From Myxococcota bacterium (GTDB taxonomy: Bacteria; Myxococcota; JAJVIH01), in the NCBI GenBank assembly GCA_022072125.1, contig JAJVIH010000016.1, positions 29,081 to 93,080 on the forward strand: DNA of 64,000 bases. Reading direction: 5' to 3'. The notes below the pieces were generated by a model. It saw only the letters and a list, made by a program, of their open reading frames with translations. It was not told the DNA's origin and searched no databases. The translations under genes and the position numbers were made by a program. Positions 11,266 through 21,903 of the stretch are shown here, one piece after another. Numbering within the stretch: the stretch's first letter is position 1; each line of letters starts with the position of its first letter.

Positions 11266-11616
11266 GTGGTGAAGGGAACCGGTCCAGACGGGCGGGCGCG
11301 GTTGCACGAACTGATGGCCGCGGATGGGCCGAAGCCCAGCGTATTCGCCCATTACTGGGCGCGCATCGCCCTGGATTGCTGCGACGAATTGGGGCTGCAT
11401 CCATCGGGCCTGGACCTGACTGGGGAAGGCGGGGTGCGTATTCAATTGCCGGGAGACGGCTGGCGCGCCGAACTGGATTGCGAAGCGGACGCCGGAATTT
11501 GCCTGGAAATCTGGAGCCGCGGCGCGCGGCGGCTGGAGGACGTTCCATCCACCGCGGAGGACCTGTGGCTGGCGCTCAAACGCCTGCGGGAGCAGCAGAC
11601 CGGCGGCCGCGGATGA
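11266..11616 (+). CDS. Hypothetical protein, 116 aa, GTG start
   Basis: Open frame between the groES promoter region and the fur 3' end; no recognisable domain, weak RBS, 40-nt convergent overlap with fur. Confidence 0.25.
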   Translation: MVKGTGPDGRARLHELMAADGPKPSVFAHYWARIALDCCDELGLHPSGLDLTGEGGVRIQLPGDGWRAELDCEADAGICLEIWSRGARRLEDVPSTAEDLWLALKRLREQQTGGRG

Positions 11617-11986
11617 TCACCTGGGTTTCGTGGATGTCCAGCCCAGGCAGGTCTTTCAGGCGGCGGACTTCCAGCGTGTCGAAGGGGATATCGAGAATAT
11701 CGCCGGATTCCTCGTCCACGAAATGGTGATGGGGATCCAGCCGGGGGTCGAACACGCTCTTGCCTTCGGTGATGATCAACTCGCGGATCAACCCCTTTTT
11801 CACGAAGAGATTCAGGGTGTTGTACACGGTGGCCCGGGACAGCCAGGGGAAATTCTCCTTGACCCGCTCCCAGACCTGTTCCGCCGAGGGATGCTCTTCC
11901 GTGAACAAGACATACCCGCCCACCGCGACCCGCTGGGCCGAGGGCTGGATATGATGCTCACGCAGGAGTTTGGTTACCCGTTCCAT
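11576..11986 (-). CDS. fur: Fur family transcriptional regulator
   Basis: Winged-helix signature ...[22 protein letters not shown]... and His-rich C-terminal region [14 protein letters not shown]; no CxxC pairs. Confidence 0.85.
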   Translation of the reverse strand: MERVTKLLREHHIQPSAQRVAVGGYVLFTEEHPSAEQVWERVKENFPWLSRATVYNTLNLFVKKGLIRELIITEGKSVFDPRLDPHHHFVDEESGDILDIPFDTLEVRRLKDLPGLDIHETQVIIRGRRSAAPAGV

Positions 11987-12146
11987 GCTGTCTTAGAGTT
12001 AGTCCAAATTCCATCCATGTCAAGAACCCGGGAAATATCCATGACATCAAGGGGATACGCCCCTGTTTCCGGATGGAAAAACCCCTCCGGATGGCGTCCG
12101 GAGGGGAAAGGGAAGGGGAAGCGGCGGATGGCCGTCCGGCGGCGGC

Positions 12147-12542
12147 CTACATGCCGCTGACCAGGCGCGGGCCGGGGATTTCCTTGCGGTTCAAGGGGAC
12201 GATGCGGTTCTGGTCATCCACGAACACCAGCCTGGGCTCGTGCTTTTTCGCCTCGGTGTCCTCCATGTGGACAAACGAGGCGATGATCACCTTGTCGCCA
12301 GGGGCGCACAGGCGCGCGGCGGCGCCGTTCAGGCAAATCACGCCAGAGCCCCGATCACCGCGCAGCGCGTAGGTTTGCAGCCGGGAGCCGCAGGTCACGT
12401 TCCAGATGTGGACCATTTCGTTTTCGATGAGGTCCGCGGCGTCCAACAGGTCGGCGTCAATGGTCACGCTGCCTTCGTACTGCAGGTTGGCGTGGGTGAT
12501 GGTCGCCCGGTGGATTTTGGACTTGAGCATCTCGCGTTGCAT
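12147..12542 (-). CDS. panD: Aspartate 1-decarboxylase
   Basis: [54 protein letters not shown] aligns with E. coli PanD, including the autoprocessing Gly-Ser site (YEGS). Confidence 0.9.
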   Translation of the reverse strand: MQREMLKSKIHRATITHANLQYEGSVTIDADLLDAADLIENEMVHIWNVTCGSRLQTYALRGDRGSGVICLNGAAARLCAPGDKVIIASFVHMEDTEAKKHEPRLVFVDDQNRIVPLNRKEIPGPRLVSGM

Positions 12543-12923
12543 GGCCGGCTCCGTTTGACCGGAAGCGCGCGGATGCAAGGATGGACTGGTGGGAAATTCA
12601 GGCGCGGGTTTGCGCCCTGGCCCCGTGTCCGTCCCGGTTCACCGCGTGAATCCAGGCGTTACAGGTTTGGCGGTCGTGCGTTTGATGTTGGGTGGGGCCC
12701 CTTGCGGGTGCCTCTCCAGCGCGCACGTCAACTATATACAACCGCCGGTGCCCCAGGGCAAGAGGATGGAGCGGAATCAAGCCGGGATTTTGGCGCCCCA
12801 TCCCGGCGGCGGTTCGTTTCCATGAAGAAGGTGTTCGTGGCCCGTTCCGCCCGGCGGGACACAAGGGGGCGCGAAACGGCCGTGCTCGGAATGAGGCGTC
12901 CATCGCGCCGCCTGTCTCTTCGC

Positions 12924-14399
12924 CTACAACGACTTGAGGAACTCCACCAACGCGCGTTTGTCTTCCGCCGGGAGGGCGACGCCCCATTCGTGGCCCTGGT
13001 TTGAATTGCCTTTGCGGGTGGTGTCCACTTCGAAACCCGGCGCCGGGCCGATCCGGAATTTCTTCGGGCGATCTGCCGCGGGCTTCAGCAAATCCTCCAG
13101 CGTGGGGACGCTGCCGTTGTGCAGGTAGGGCGCGGTCGCCCACAAGCCCCGCAGATCGTTGACGCGGTAGCCATCGGTCGGGCGAACCTTGAGCTTCTTC
13201 TCGACAATGAATTTGAGCAGATTGCCGCGCCCCGCGTCCGTATTGCCGCTGCCGTCCGGCGGCGCTTCGGGATCGCCTCCCCCCTGCAGCATCTGGTAGT
13301 GAATAAACGAGGTGCGGATGGAGCCGCGCGGAAACGCCGGATCTTCGCCGGGCAACCGTTCCTTGCCATCGGGTTTGTCATCCAGCGCCGTCACGCCGTC
13401 TTTGTTGACATCGGGAGTCAGGCGTCCGTCCGGGCCGGTTTTCATGTTGTGGCAGGCGATGCATTTCGCCTCCTTGAACACGGTTTCTCCCCGCGCAATC
13501 AGCGCGCCGTCGCCTGGCGGCCCCTTCGGCGCATCCATGGAGGCGAAGAAGGTCAGGAACAGGCTGGTTTTTTCCCCGGGCGGAAACGGGATGGCCGGTT
13601 TGGATTTGGAGGGGTCCCCCGCGCCGAAGGCGAAGATGCTCAGGTACGCCTCGCTGCGGATTTCCTGGCCGGTGCCCATGTAATTCAGCGCCGTGCGCTC
13701 GCCCAGCGTGAAGTAGGGCGGGAAATCGGCGGCGACGGGGTATTTGTATGCGCCGGTGCTGGCGTCGGTGCGGCCCGGGCCGAATTCCAGGGCCTTGTCC
13801 TTGCCGTACTTGCTGTCGAAGAGGGTGGGGTTGCCATCGGAGACCCAGCGTTTGTCCACCTCGAAATTGAAGCGGGAGAGGTCGAGGTTGCGGTTGGGCG
13901 CGCCCAGCCACAGGCGTCCATCGGGCAATTCGGCCACATGGCAGATGGCGCAGGTTTCACGGGCCCTGGCGGGATCTTTTTTCCCGCGCTTGAAGCCCAC
14001 CGGCAGATCATCCGCCGGATCGGGAATGAAGCCGAACCTGCTGAATTGATCGCCGAAGACCTCCGGCTCCCGTTCTTGCAGCCTGACCATCCAGTCCGCG
14101 GGCGGCCAGCCAGCCAGTCCTTCGGTGTCCCAGGTTTCGTGCAGGAACATCAACTGACCGGCGTAACGCGGATCGTTTTTGTCCACCCCGTTGGCGAATA
14201 CCAGTTCCTGCCTGGGCGGCGGACCAGAAATACCGGCCGCGGAGGCGGGTCCGCCGTCCTGGATGGCGCTGTCCGGAGAAACCGCCGCGCCGTCCGGAAC
14301 AATGGGATTCGTGATGGTACAGGCCGCCGTTCCCAACACCGCCAGCAATAGCAATGGAACCGGCGTGCGGCGAAGAGGTTCTGAAATCAATGGCTTCAT
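12924..14399 (-). CDS. Di-heme cytochrome c peroxidase-family lipoprotein (size and heme spacing fit the DUF1111-type)
   Basis: Lipobox LAVLGTAAC; two heme-binding motifs, CAICH at about aa 140 and CIACH at about aa 320; 491 aa. Confidence 0.82.
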   Translation of the reverse strand: MKPLISEPLRRTPVPLLLLAVLGTAACTITNPIVPDGAAVSPDSAIQDGGPASAAGISGPPPRQELVFANGVDKNDPRYAGQLMFLHETWDTEGLAGWPPADWMVRLQEREPEVFGDQFSRFGFIPDPADDLPVGFKRGKKDPARARETCAICHVAELPDGRLWLGAPNRNLDLSRFNFEVDKRWVSDGNPTLFDSKYGKDKALEFGPGRTDASTGAYKYPVAADFPPYFTLGERTALNYMGTGQEIRSEAYLSIFAFGAGDPSKSKPAIPFPPGEKTSLFLTFFASMDAPKGPPGDGALIARGETVFKEAKCIACHNMKTGPDGRLTPDVNKDGVTALDDKPDGKERLPGEDPAFPRGSIRTSFIHYQMLQGGGDPEAPPDGSGNTDAGRGNLLKFIVEKKLKVRPTDGYRVNDLRGLWATAPYLHNGSVPTLEDLLKPAADRPKKFRIGPAPGFEVDTTRKGNSNQGHEWGVALPAEDKRALVEFLKSL

Positions 14400-14406
14400 G
14401 ATGAAC

Positions 14407-16314
14407 TCACAGGGTGTGCAGGAAGAAGATCAGCGCGTCAAGGTCTTCGGGTTTCAGCCGGGAAGTGACGCCATGGCTGTCGCCGGGGTTGTGAATGGCA
14501 AAAAGGTCTTTCAGGCTGGCGGCGCGGCCATCGTGCAGATAAGGGGCGCGGGCGCGCACGCCGCGCAGCGGCGGCGTGATCACTTTTTCCATGCGGGCGT
14601 CGCCGTCGGAAGAAGCAGCGCTGACCGCATGCGGGGATTTGTCCGTGAACCACTCCCCCTGATGGCAGCCGGCGCAGCCGGTCTCCTTCGAGTAAAAGAG
14701 TTCGCGTCCGCGGTTGAGAAGAGGCCCTTCTTCATCCGCGACCGGACGGCCCGGAGGGGGCTTCAGTTCATCCATGTAGGCGGCGAAAGCATTGAAGTTG
14801 ACCACCAGGCCCGCGCCTTCCATCAGTTCCAGCGTGGTGGCGCGGCTGAGCACCGCCGTATCCTTGAATTTTCCGTCCCGGGGATAGGGGGCCAGGCTGG
14901 CCTTTGCGTTCCATGCGGCCGGGGTGCGCCGCAGTTTGCGGGGCACGCCGCGTGTATGCAGAAACCAGTTCAGGCCATCCTCTCCGCCGTTGGGGTGACA
15001 GGTCGCGCAGGTCACCACCCCGCTGGGCGTGAGCTGGATATTCTCCGCGTCGTGGAACAGCTTGCGGCCTTCGAGCGCCGCTGGAGACAGGCGTTTGGGC
15101 GACACGGGCCAGGTGCGCTCCGGGGATCGTCCGATCACCCGCGTGTCATCCGCCGGCGCGGGCGCCTCCAGACGGGCCACCGACCAGTCGAAGGCGCAAT
15201 CCACCCAGGCGGTCCTGCCATCCCGGCTCAGCGCGATTCCACGCGGCCCGCTGTTGACCGGAAAATTGGCGATGACCCGGCCGGAGCCGATCAGGGCGAC
15301 ATTGTTGGTGGTCTGGTGCGTCACCCAGAGCAGGCCGCTCGCGGCGGAATACGCCATGGCCGAGGGGCTGTTGAAGACCTTCGGCCCGCCGGAAAACCCG
15401 GCGTAACGAAAATCCCACGGCCCCCACAACACCGGTTCGATGCGGGGCTTTCCATCCGCGACCGAACCGTAACCCCCCTGTTCCGGCGGACGGCCGCGGT
15501 CGCCGTCGTTATCCACCAGCAGGGCGGCGGCGGCGAAAGGCTGGGACAACCCGATCAAGGGCGTCAACGCATGAAAGCTGGAAATCCGCCGGGGTGCGGC
15601 CCCGGGGGGCTGAATATTCATGACCGCCGCCGGTTCCAGGGGCCGCGCTTCGGCGGAAGCCGATCGCCGCGCGGCGGGAATATTCAGCATGGCGATCCGT
15701 CCCGAACGCCAATACGCAATCGCCAGTTGATCGCCCAGAACCGCCAGCGTTCCCGGCGCATCCGGCGTGGTCAGGCGGTGGGTGATGGTCCATTCGCGGG
15801 TGTCGAGGCGGAGCACCAGGTTGTCGTTGTTGCAGGACACCCACGCCGCTTTGCCGTCCGCATCCTCGGCCACGACGCCGAAGGTTCCGCCGCAGGGCGT
15901 ATCCACGTAACGAACCGCGGGACTGGGCGTGCTCCAGTCCACGATGGCCAGACGGCGGTCCTGTGCGTGGGTGATGACCAGCCGGCCATTGGGCAGCAGG
16001 GCCAATTGAACGGGATGGAGCCCTGTCTCCGCGGCGCCTGTCGCCTCAAGGGTTGCGGAGTCCAGCCGCATCACCCGGTCATCGTCGCTGGAAAGCACGA
16101 AGACCCGCCGCTCATCGCCGTCAAGAGCGATGGAGGTGGAGCGCGCCTGGTGGATGGCGGCCTGGGCGCCCGCATCGGGCGTATCCGGCCCGCCGGTGCT
16201 GGAGCAGGCGAACAACAGCGCCGCCGCGCAAAGCGCGGCGGCGCCGGGATGGCTTCCCCTCCCCGGCGGTCCGCCGGATCCGGCGGAACCGCGGGCGCGG
16301 CGGGACGGGATCAT
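14407..16314 (-). CDS. Beta-propeller (YVTN/NHL-like) domain fused to a di-heme cytochrome c peroxidase domain, lipoprotein
   Basis: Lipobox LLFAC; N-terminal repeat-rich region; C-terminal CATCH and CAGCH motifs; 4-nt overlap with the upstream gene. Confidence 0.82.
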   Translation of the reverse strand: MIPSRRARGSAGSGGPPGRGSHPGAAALCAAALLFACSSTGGPDTPDAGAQAAIHQARSTSIALDGDERRVFVLSSDDDRVMRLDSATLEATGAAETGLHPVQLALLPNGRLVITHAQDRRLAIVDWSTPSPAVRYVDTPCGGTFGVVAEDADGKAAWVSCNNDNLVLRLDTREWTITHRLTTPDAPGTLAVLGDQLAIAYWRSGRIAMLNIPAARRSASAEARPLEPAAVMNIQPPGAAPRRISSFHALTPLIGLSQPFAAAALLVDNDGDRGRPPEQGGYGSVADGKPRIEPVLWGPWDFRYAGFSGGPKVFNSPSAMAYSAASGLLWVTHQTTNNVALIGSGRVIANFPVNSGPRGIALSRDGRTAWVDCAFDWSVARLEAPAPADDTRVIGRSPERTWPVSPKRLSPAALEGRKLFHDAENIQLTPSGVVTCATCHPNGGEDGLNWFLHTRGVPRKLRRTPAAWNAKASLAPYPRDGKFKDTAVLSRATTLELMEGAGLVVNFNAFAAYMDELKPPPGRPVADEEGPLLNRGRELFYSKETGCAGCHQGEWFTDKSPHAVSAASSDGDARMEKVITPPLRGVRARAPYLHDGRAASLKDLFAIHNPGDSHGVTSRLKPEDLDALIFFLHTL

Positions 16315-17999
16315 AGTTTGGGCAGCAGAATCGCGAACTGCACGTCGAAGGGCTGCTCAAAGCAGGACAGCTTGTACCCGCCGATGGGAATGAACACCGG
16401 GTCGCCCTGATCGGGTCCGGGGTCCTTGGGATCGGCGTTGCCGTCAATATCCATGAAGCCCAGAACCTGGTAGTCGCCCGCCGGAACCTGATCCTCAATC
16501 AAAAATTCCGTGGAAGGACGTCCGCCCTCGATGGAGACATTCTCGAATTTGAAGCTGGCGACCGGTTTGGTCCCTTCCTTCGGGCCGGCGATGGTGACAT
16601 CCTCGGATTTGTAGATGCTTCCCGAGACGGTTCCCTTGAGGGGCGCCTTCACCCGCCCTTCCTTCTCCGCCTTGCGGATGACATCCGAGCTGACAAAACG
16701 CACCTTGAAACGGCCCTGGGGCGCTTCGTAGCTGCCCAGCTCGGAGCATTTGGTCTGCTTGGTCGGCCAAGTTTCAGGAATTTCCATGGTTTTCGGATAG
16801 GGGACAAAATCCACGTCGCGCAGGAAATTGATCGGCGACTCCACCGCGTAGGCGATATCGAAACGCCCGGCCTTGCCGGTGGCCACCACCGCCACCACGC
16901 CGCCGGAATGGGGATCGTCATAGTAGAACGGCGCCTGCCAGTCGGTGGGCTTCTTGCCTTCTTTCTGCTCGCGTTCGTTCTGATCCAGCATCACGAACAC
17001 CGCTTGGCGGAACTGATCGCCGGCGATGAATGAAGCGGGCGCCCGGGCGAAGGGCACCCGGCTCTTGTCCAGCTTGACCACCTCGAAGGCCACGTCAATG
17101 AATTTGTCCTTCAGCTTGGGCGTGACCGTCAGGCGCAGCCACTTGTGCGGAAGCAACTGGAAATCGCGGAAATTCTGGTCCGCGCCCGGAGAAATGCCGT
17201 AAGCGCGCTGCACGAAGAAGGTGAACTCGTCGCGGGAAGGCGCGAACCAAGCGGTTCCGGCGATGGATTCATAGGGCTTTCCGCTGAAAGCTGGACCATT
17301 GAGCTTGCCGCCGCTCAACGAGGTTTGCGGGGTGTTGATATTCAACACCAATTTGGTGCGGGGCTCGCGTTTCGGCTCGAAATCAAAGCGGACGCCGAGA
17401 CTGCCGCCGTTGGAAGAGCGGCTGCGATACTCCAGCCAGAAGGGCGCGCCTCCGCCGGGCTCTTTTTGCTGCACTTCCAGAGCGGTGGCTGTGGCGGTGC
17501 GGACGGCGTCCATGAACAGCTTGCCGTAAGCCTTGGAGGCGGGCGCGCGCATCATGGTGCGGCGCTTGTCGTTCTCATTGGCCGGCTCGACCGGAATCAG
17601 GTCGCCCTGAATGAGAATCTGATCCGGCGTCTGCGGATCCGCCGACGAACCAATCTCGATATTTTCCTTGATCTTCACTCCAGAAGCGAATTGCCCGGCG
17701 GAAGCGCCGTCGCCGAGGATCGGATCAAACATCGCGACAAATTCATCGAGGGTCATGTCCCGCTCCACCGTCAAGCCAATGTATTCGATGGGATTGGCGC
17801 GCGGACGGAAAGCGGTTTCATCGGGGCTGGCGGCCGCGCCGCCCGTGGCCGGACCAGGTCCGGCGGCGTCCTGTCCTCCCGCATTGTTGTTCTGGTTGGC
17901 GGGAGGGTTGTTGTTGTCGCTGGCGCATCCGGCCAGCAGGACCAGCGCCGCCGGCGCGAGCAGGAGATGGCGGCGGGGGAACTTCGTCGAGGGAATCAT
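16311..17999 (-). CDS. Hypothetical lipoprotein, 562 aa, first gene of the peroxidase operon
   Basis: Lipobox LLAGC followed by an Asn/Gly/Ala-rich linker; no recognised domain. Confidence 0.78.
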   Translation of the reverse strand: MIPSTKFPRRHLLLAPAALVLLAGCASDNNNPPANQNNNAGGQDAAGPGPATGGAAASPDETAFRPRANPIEYIGLTVERDMTLDEFVAMFDPILGDGASAGQFASGVKIKENIEIGSSADPQTPDQILIQGDLIPVEPANENDKRRTMMRAPASKAYGKLFMDAVRTATATALEVQQKEPGGGAPFWLEYRSRSSNGGSLGVRFDFEPKREPRTKLVLNINTPQTSLSGGKLNGPAFSGKPYESIAGTAWFAPSRDEFTFFVQRAYGISPGADQNFRDFQLLPHKWLRLTVTPKLKDKFIDVAFEVVKLDKSRVPFARAPASFIAGDQFRQAVFVMLDQNEREQKEGKKPTDWQAPFYYDDPHSGGVVAVVATGKAGRFDIAYAVESPINFLRDVDFVPYPKTMEIPETWPTKQTKCSELGSYEAPQGRFKVRFVSSDVIRKAEKEGRVKAPLKGTVSGSIYKSEDVTIAGPKEGTKPVASFKFENVSIEGGRPSTEFLIEDQVPAGDYQVLGFMDIDGNADPKDPGPDQGDPVFIPIGGYKLSCFEQPFDVQFAILLPKL

Positions 18000-18288
18000 A
18001 AAGGGGAGCCTGGGTTGGTTGATCCTGGGGCGCGCCCCGGGCGCGGGCGCGGAGGGAGGCTACGCATCGCCCGCGCGCCCTGTCAAGGCGTTTCAATGGA
18101 ACGCCGCGTTACGAAAACGCGCCCGCGCCACACGTGGATGCGCCGCCCCATCCGTTTCCCCGGTGAAACCCGGGAGGGAAAGCGGAAATGTTTCACGTGA
18201 AACAACGTTCAGCTTCCCATCCGGGAAGGAAAAACCCCGCCGCGGGGCCTCCCGGGCGGGGGGGGCGAGCAGGCCGGGAAGCGGGCGC

Positions 18289-20094
18289 TTATTCCGGCGG
18301 CTTCCAGTCCGGGGCCATCATGCGCTGGAAGGCGTTGGCGACCGTGGGGGCGTAGTTGGGACCCGCCGAATTGATCTCGCCATACTGGCATTCGCGCTTG
18401 CCATAGGCGCACGGGGTCACCTGATCCCACTGGGATTTTGGAATCATATATCCCAGTTCGTCATTGGCCAGACCGAAGATCCACTGCTGGGCGGCGTTTT
18501 TGCGCATCTGGTCGCGGATGATGGGTTCGCGCGGCGAACCGGGGAAATCCACGTTGGGTTCGTTGGGGTCGGCGTACATCTCCTTGCCATTGGCGTCGCG
18601 CGACCCGATTTCGGGATAGATTTCTCCGGGGATGGTGGCGAACTGGAGGGGACCGATATCCACCGCGTTGACCTCGGTCTGGATAAAAATCTTGTATTCG
18701 GCGTCGCTGATCTTGTTGCGGTTGGTGACCAGCCGGCCATTTTCGTCATAGGCGTTGCGCGTGATCGCGCCCAACTGGGCGAAGACGCGCAGGCCCATGT
18801 TCTCCAGCGGCAGCAGGAACGAATACCGCCGGAATCCGATCGCCGCATCGGGCTGGATGGCGATGGTCCCGGTGGCGTTGCCCAATCCTTCCAGCGTTTT
18901 CTCCGCCAGCAGTTCGCCCAGGCGGTCGGCCATCTCCAGGTTGTTGTCCGTCATCATGGTCCCGTCCTTGCGGGGGATTTTGATGTTGAGGGGCGTCATC
19001 AGACCGCCGACCATTCCCTGGAAATACACGGAGGTGCTGCCTGGGAAGGCTTCTTCCATCTTGAGGCGGAACATGTGGGCGAAATCGGAGCTGATCAGGT
19101 TGTTGCCGGAACCCGCGGCTTCGGGGTGGTTGCCATACAGGGTGAAGGTGCCGAACACCTTGCCGGATTCATCCATGACCTTCACCGCGTACAGATCGTA
19201 ATCCACGAAATAGGGGATGCGGGTGTCGCGGTTCCACTCCGGCGGCGTGGGGATTTTCGCCGCGGCCATGGTCGCCGTCTTCATGTTGGCGAGGGCTTCC
19301 TCGATGGCCTCGACCGTCTTGATGCGCGACGATTCCAGGTGCAGCGGGTTGGTTCCGTTCTTGCCCACGCCCTCGCCCCAGATGCCCAGGGTGTCGGCGG
19401 CCTGGTGGGTATGGGTGCTGGCGATCATGATGTGATCCACGTCCAGCCCCTTTTCCTTGGCGAGACGGCGGATTTCAATGACCTGGTCATGCATGAAACC
19501 GACGCAATCCCAGATGCCGAGCGCAATCGTGATGTCGTTCTTTTTGAAGACCACCACGCGCGCCCACATGTCGTCATGCACGCCGGCGGCGGGTTTGCCC
19601 ATGCCGAATCCCGCCACCCACACTGGATCGAACTTGCCGTTGCCGTTGAGGTCCTCGAATTTCTCCCCCCGGTCGTATTTGCGGTTTTTATTGGCGTCTT
19701 CCCATTTCTCGATGGGCGGGGTGATGACCCGCTTGCCAAACCCCACCATCAGCTTGCCGTCGCCGGTTCCCGCGCAACCAGGGCCGCCAGGGCAGACGAT
19801 ATTGGTGGTTCCTGCAAACTGAGGAACCTTTTCCGCGTTCAGCGGGGGGCCGTCGCCGCCTGTATCTTCCGGCGCGGCGTCTGCTGTTCCCGTGTCGCTG
19901 GCGCCGCCGCCGGTATCCGGGGCGGAAACATCGGCGGGGGCGGCGCCATCCTCCGCGGGAATATCGGCGCCGGAAGCGCCGGCGTCCTGGCCGGTGCTGG
20001 CGCCGTCGCCCTTGGGCGGATCGGAAGAACAGGCGGAGATCACAAGCGCGGACGCCATGACCAGCATCCAGGACGGTTGGCGGGAGAGAATCAT
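18289..20094 (-). CDS. Neutral/alkaline ceramidase-like lipoprotein
   Basis: Start taken at MILSRQPSWMLVMASALVISAC (lipobox); GVHDDMWARVVVF...DITIALGIWDCVG...IMIASTHTHQAADTLG resembles the ceramidase N-terminal zinc-site region (GVHD...THTHSGP). Confidence 0.65.
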   Translation of the reverse strand: MILSRQPSWMLVMASALVISACSSDPPKGDGASTGQDAGASGADIPAEDGAAPADVSAPDTGGGASDTGTADAAPEDTGGDGPPLNAEKVPQFAGTTNIVCPGGPGCAGTGDGKLMVGFGKRVITPPIEKWEDANKNRKYDRGEKFEDLNGNGKFDPVWVAGFGMGKPAAGVHDDMWARVVVFKKNDITIALGIWDCVGFMHDQVIEIRRLAKEKGLDVDHIMIASTHTHQAADTLGIWGEGVGKNGTNPLHLESSRIKTVEAIEEALANMKTATMAAAKIPTPPEWNRDTRIPYFVDYDLYAVKVMDESGKVFGTFTLYGNHPEAAGSGNNLISSDFAHMFRLKMEEAFPGSTSVYFQGMVGGLMTPLNIKIPRKDGTMMTDNNLEMADRLGELLAEKTLEGLGNATGTIAIQPDAAIGFRRYSFLLPLENMGLRVFAQLGAITRNAYDENGRLVTNRNKISDAEYKIFIQTEVNAVDIGPLQFATIPGEIYPEIGSRDANGKEMYADPNEPNVDFPGSPREPIIRDQMRKNAAQQWIFGLANDELGYMIPKSQWDQVTPCAYGKRECQYGEINSAGPNYAPTVANAFQRMMAPDWKPPE

Positions 20095-20336
20095 CCGTTT
20101 TTCCTCAACGGTTGGAACAGGCAGAGTGGATTGGCGCCCCCGGACAGACCCAACTGTGTAACACAATTGTGACGTGATGGGGAAGTCCGGGGTTCACCCT
20201 GCTGGCGGAACCCGGCCAGGAACCATAAGAAATGACATGGCGGGCGGCGCCCGGCCGCCCGTGCGCGGGTGAAATATCCCGCCCGGGCCATCCGCCGGCG
20301 CGGTTGTTCATATTGGCAGGTTGCGGCGATGCGCGC

Positions 20337-21776
20337 TCACGGGCGCGTTCTCTGCAATTCCTGGCGGTGGTGCTCAAAGGACGTGAAGCGGGTGCATTCG
20401 CCATCGAACTGCAGTTCGATTTTTCCGGTGGGGCCGTTGCGCTGCTTGGCGATGATGATCTCGGCGACTCCGGTGCGTGCGTCCGGTCCCTCGCTGGCCT
20501 TCTGTTCGGCGGTCTTGTAGGCGTCCTCGCGGTAAATGAACAGCACCACGTCGGCGTCCTGCTCGATGGCGCCCGACTCGCGCAGATCGGAGAGCTGCGG
20601 TCTTTTGTTGCCGCGCTGCGCGGACTCGGTCTGGCGCGACAACTGGGACAGCGCCAGCACCGGCAGCTTGAGTTCCTTGGCGATGCCCTTCAGCGAACGG
20701 GAGATATAGGCCACCTCCTGCTCGCGGGAATGCACCTGTTTGCCCGCCGTCATCAGTTGCAGGTAATCCACGATGACCAGGCCCAGCTTGCCGCCGTAAT
20801 CCGCCTGCAGCCTGCGCAAACGCGCCCGCAGCTCCAGCACCGAAAGGGCCGCCGAGTCGTCAATATGCACCGGCAGGCGGGCGATTCCGCCCATCACCCG
20901 GATGAGGTCCTGCCATTCATCCTGCTGGATGGTTTTCGGACGCCGGAATTTCATCATGTTCATTCTGGATTCCGACGACAGGATGCGCAGCATCAACTCG
21001 CGGGCGCTCATTTCCAGGCTGAAGATGGCGATCGGATGACCCTGCTGGGCGGCGTGGGCGGCGATATTCAGGGCGAACGAGGTTTTTCCCATGCCGGGCC
21101 GCGCGGCGATGATGACCAGATTGCCTTCCTGAAATCCGCTGGTCCGGATATCCAGATCGGGAAAGCCGGAAGCCACGCCGGAGACATCCTGCGGGTCCTT
21201 ATCCGCTTTCTGGTTCAGGTCGTTCATGGTTTTTTCGAGCAGGCCATCCATTTTCTGGAACGGGCTGCTGACCTTGTTGACCGCGACCTCGAAAACCTTC
21301 GCCTGCGCCTTGTCGAGAATCTCGTCCACGCCGTCCGCACCGGAATAGGCGTCGGTCTGGATGTCGTTGGTGACGGTGATGAGCGTGCGCAGCAGCGCCA
21401 TCTCGCGGACAATGCGCGCGTAGTACAGGATGTTGGCGGCGGTGGGGGTCGAACTCTCCAGCTCGGCCAGATGGCCGTAGCCGCCGATCTGGTTGAGCAG
21501 GTCGCGCGCCTTCAGCAGGTTGGCGACGCTGACGATGTCCACCGGCTCGCGTTTGTCGCGCAGATCGAGCATGACCTGGAAGATGTCGCCGTGGCCTTTC
21601 CGGTAAAAATCCGCCGGCTTGACCGTTTCGGACGCCTTGTCGAGGGCGTCGTTGTCGAGCAGGCAGCCGCCCAGCAGCGCGCGCTCGGCCTCGTAATTGT
21701 GCGGCTGCATGCGCGCCACCTGCGCGGCGGCGGGAACACTGGTCTGGACGGCGGTTCTGGAGTCCCGGCGGTTCAT
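20337..21776 (-). CDS. dnaB: Replicative DNA helicase
   Basis: N-terminal ...NYEAERALLGGCLLDN; Walker A ARPGMGKTSFALN; full DnaB architecture with no intein. Start taken at MNRRD. Confidence 0.9.
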   Translation of the reverse strand: MNRRDSRTAVQTSVPAAAQVARMQPHNYEAERALLGGCLLDNDALDKASETVKPADFYRKGHGDIFQVMLDLRDKREPVDIVSVANLLKARDLLNQIGGYGHLAELESSTPTAANILYYARIVREMALLRTLITVTNDIQTDAYSGADGVDEILDKAQAKVFEVAVNKVSSPFQKMDGLLEKTMNDLNQKADKDPQDVSGVASGFPDLDIRTSGFQEGNLVIIAARPGMGKTSFALNIAAHAAQQGHPIAIFSLEMSARELMLRILSSESRMNMMKFRRPKTIQQDEWQDLIRVMGGIARLPVHIDDSAALSVLELRARLRRLQADYGGKLGLVIVDYLQLMTAGKQVHSREQEVAYISRSLKGIAKELKLPVLALSQLSRQTESAQRGNKRPQLSDLRESGAIEQDADVVLFIYREDAYKTAEQKASEGPDARTGVAEIIIAKQRNGPTGKIELQFDGECTRFTSFEHHRQELQRTRP

Positions 21777-21903
21777 CGGACTTGTCAGATCACCAAACCA
21801 TCCGCCGGGAGTCAAGCGGGTGAATCGCGATCATCATGCGGTAACCATGTTCCCATCCATGGACGGAAAAATTCTGGTTTTCCCGATCACGAATGAGGCG
21901 GGA

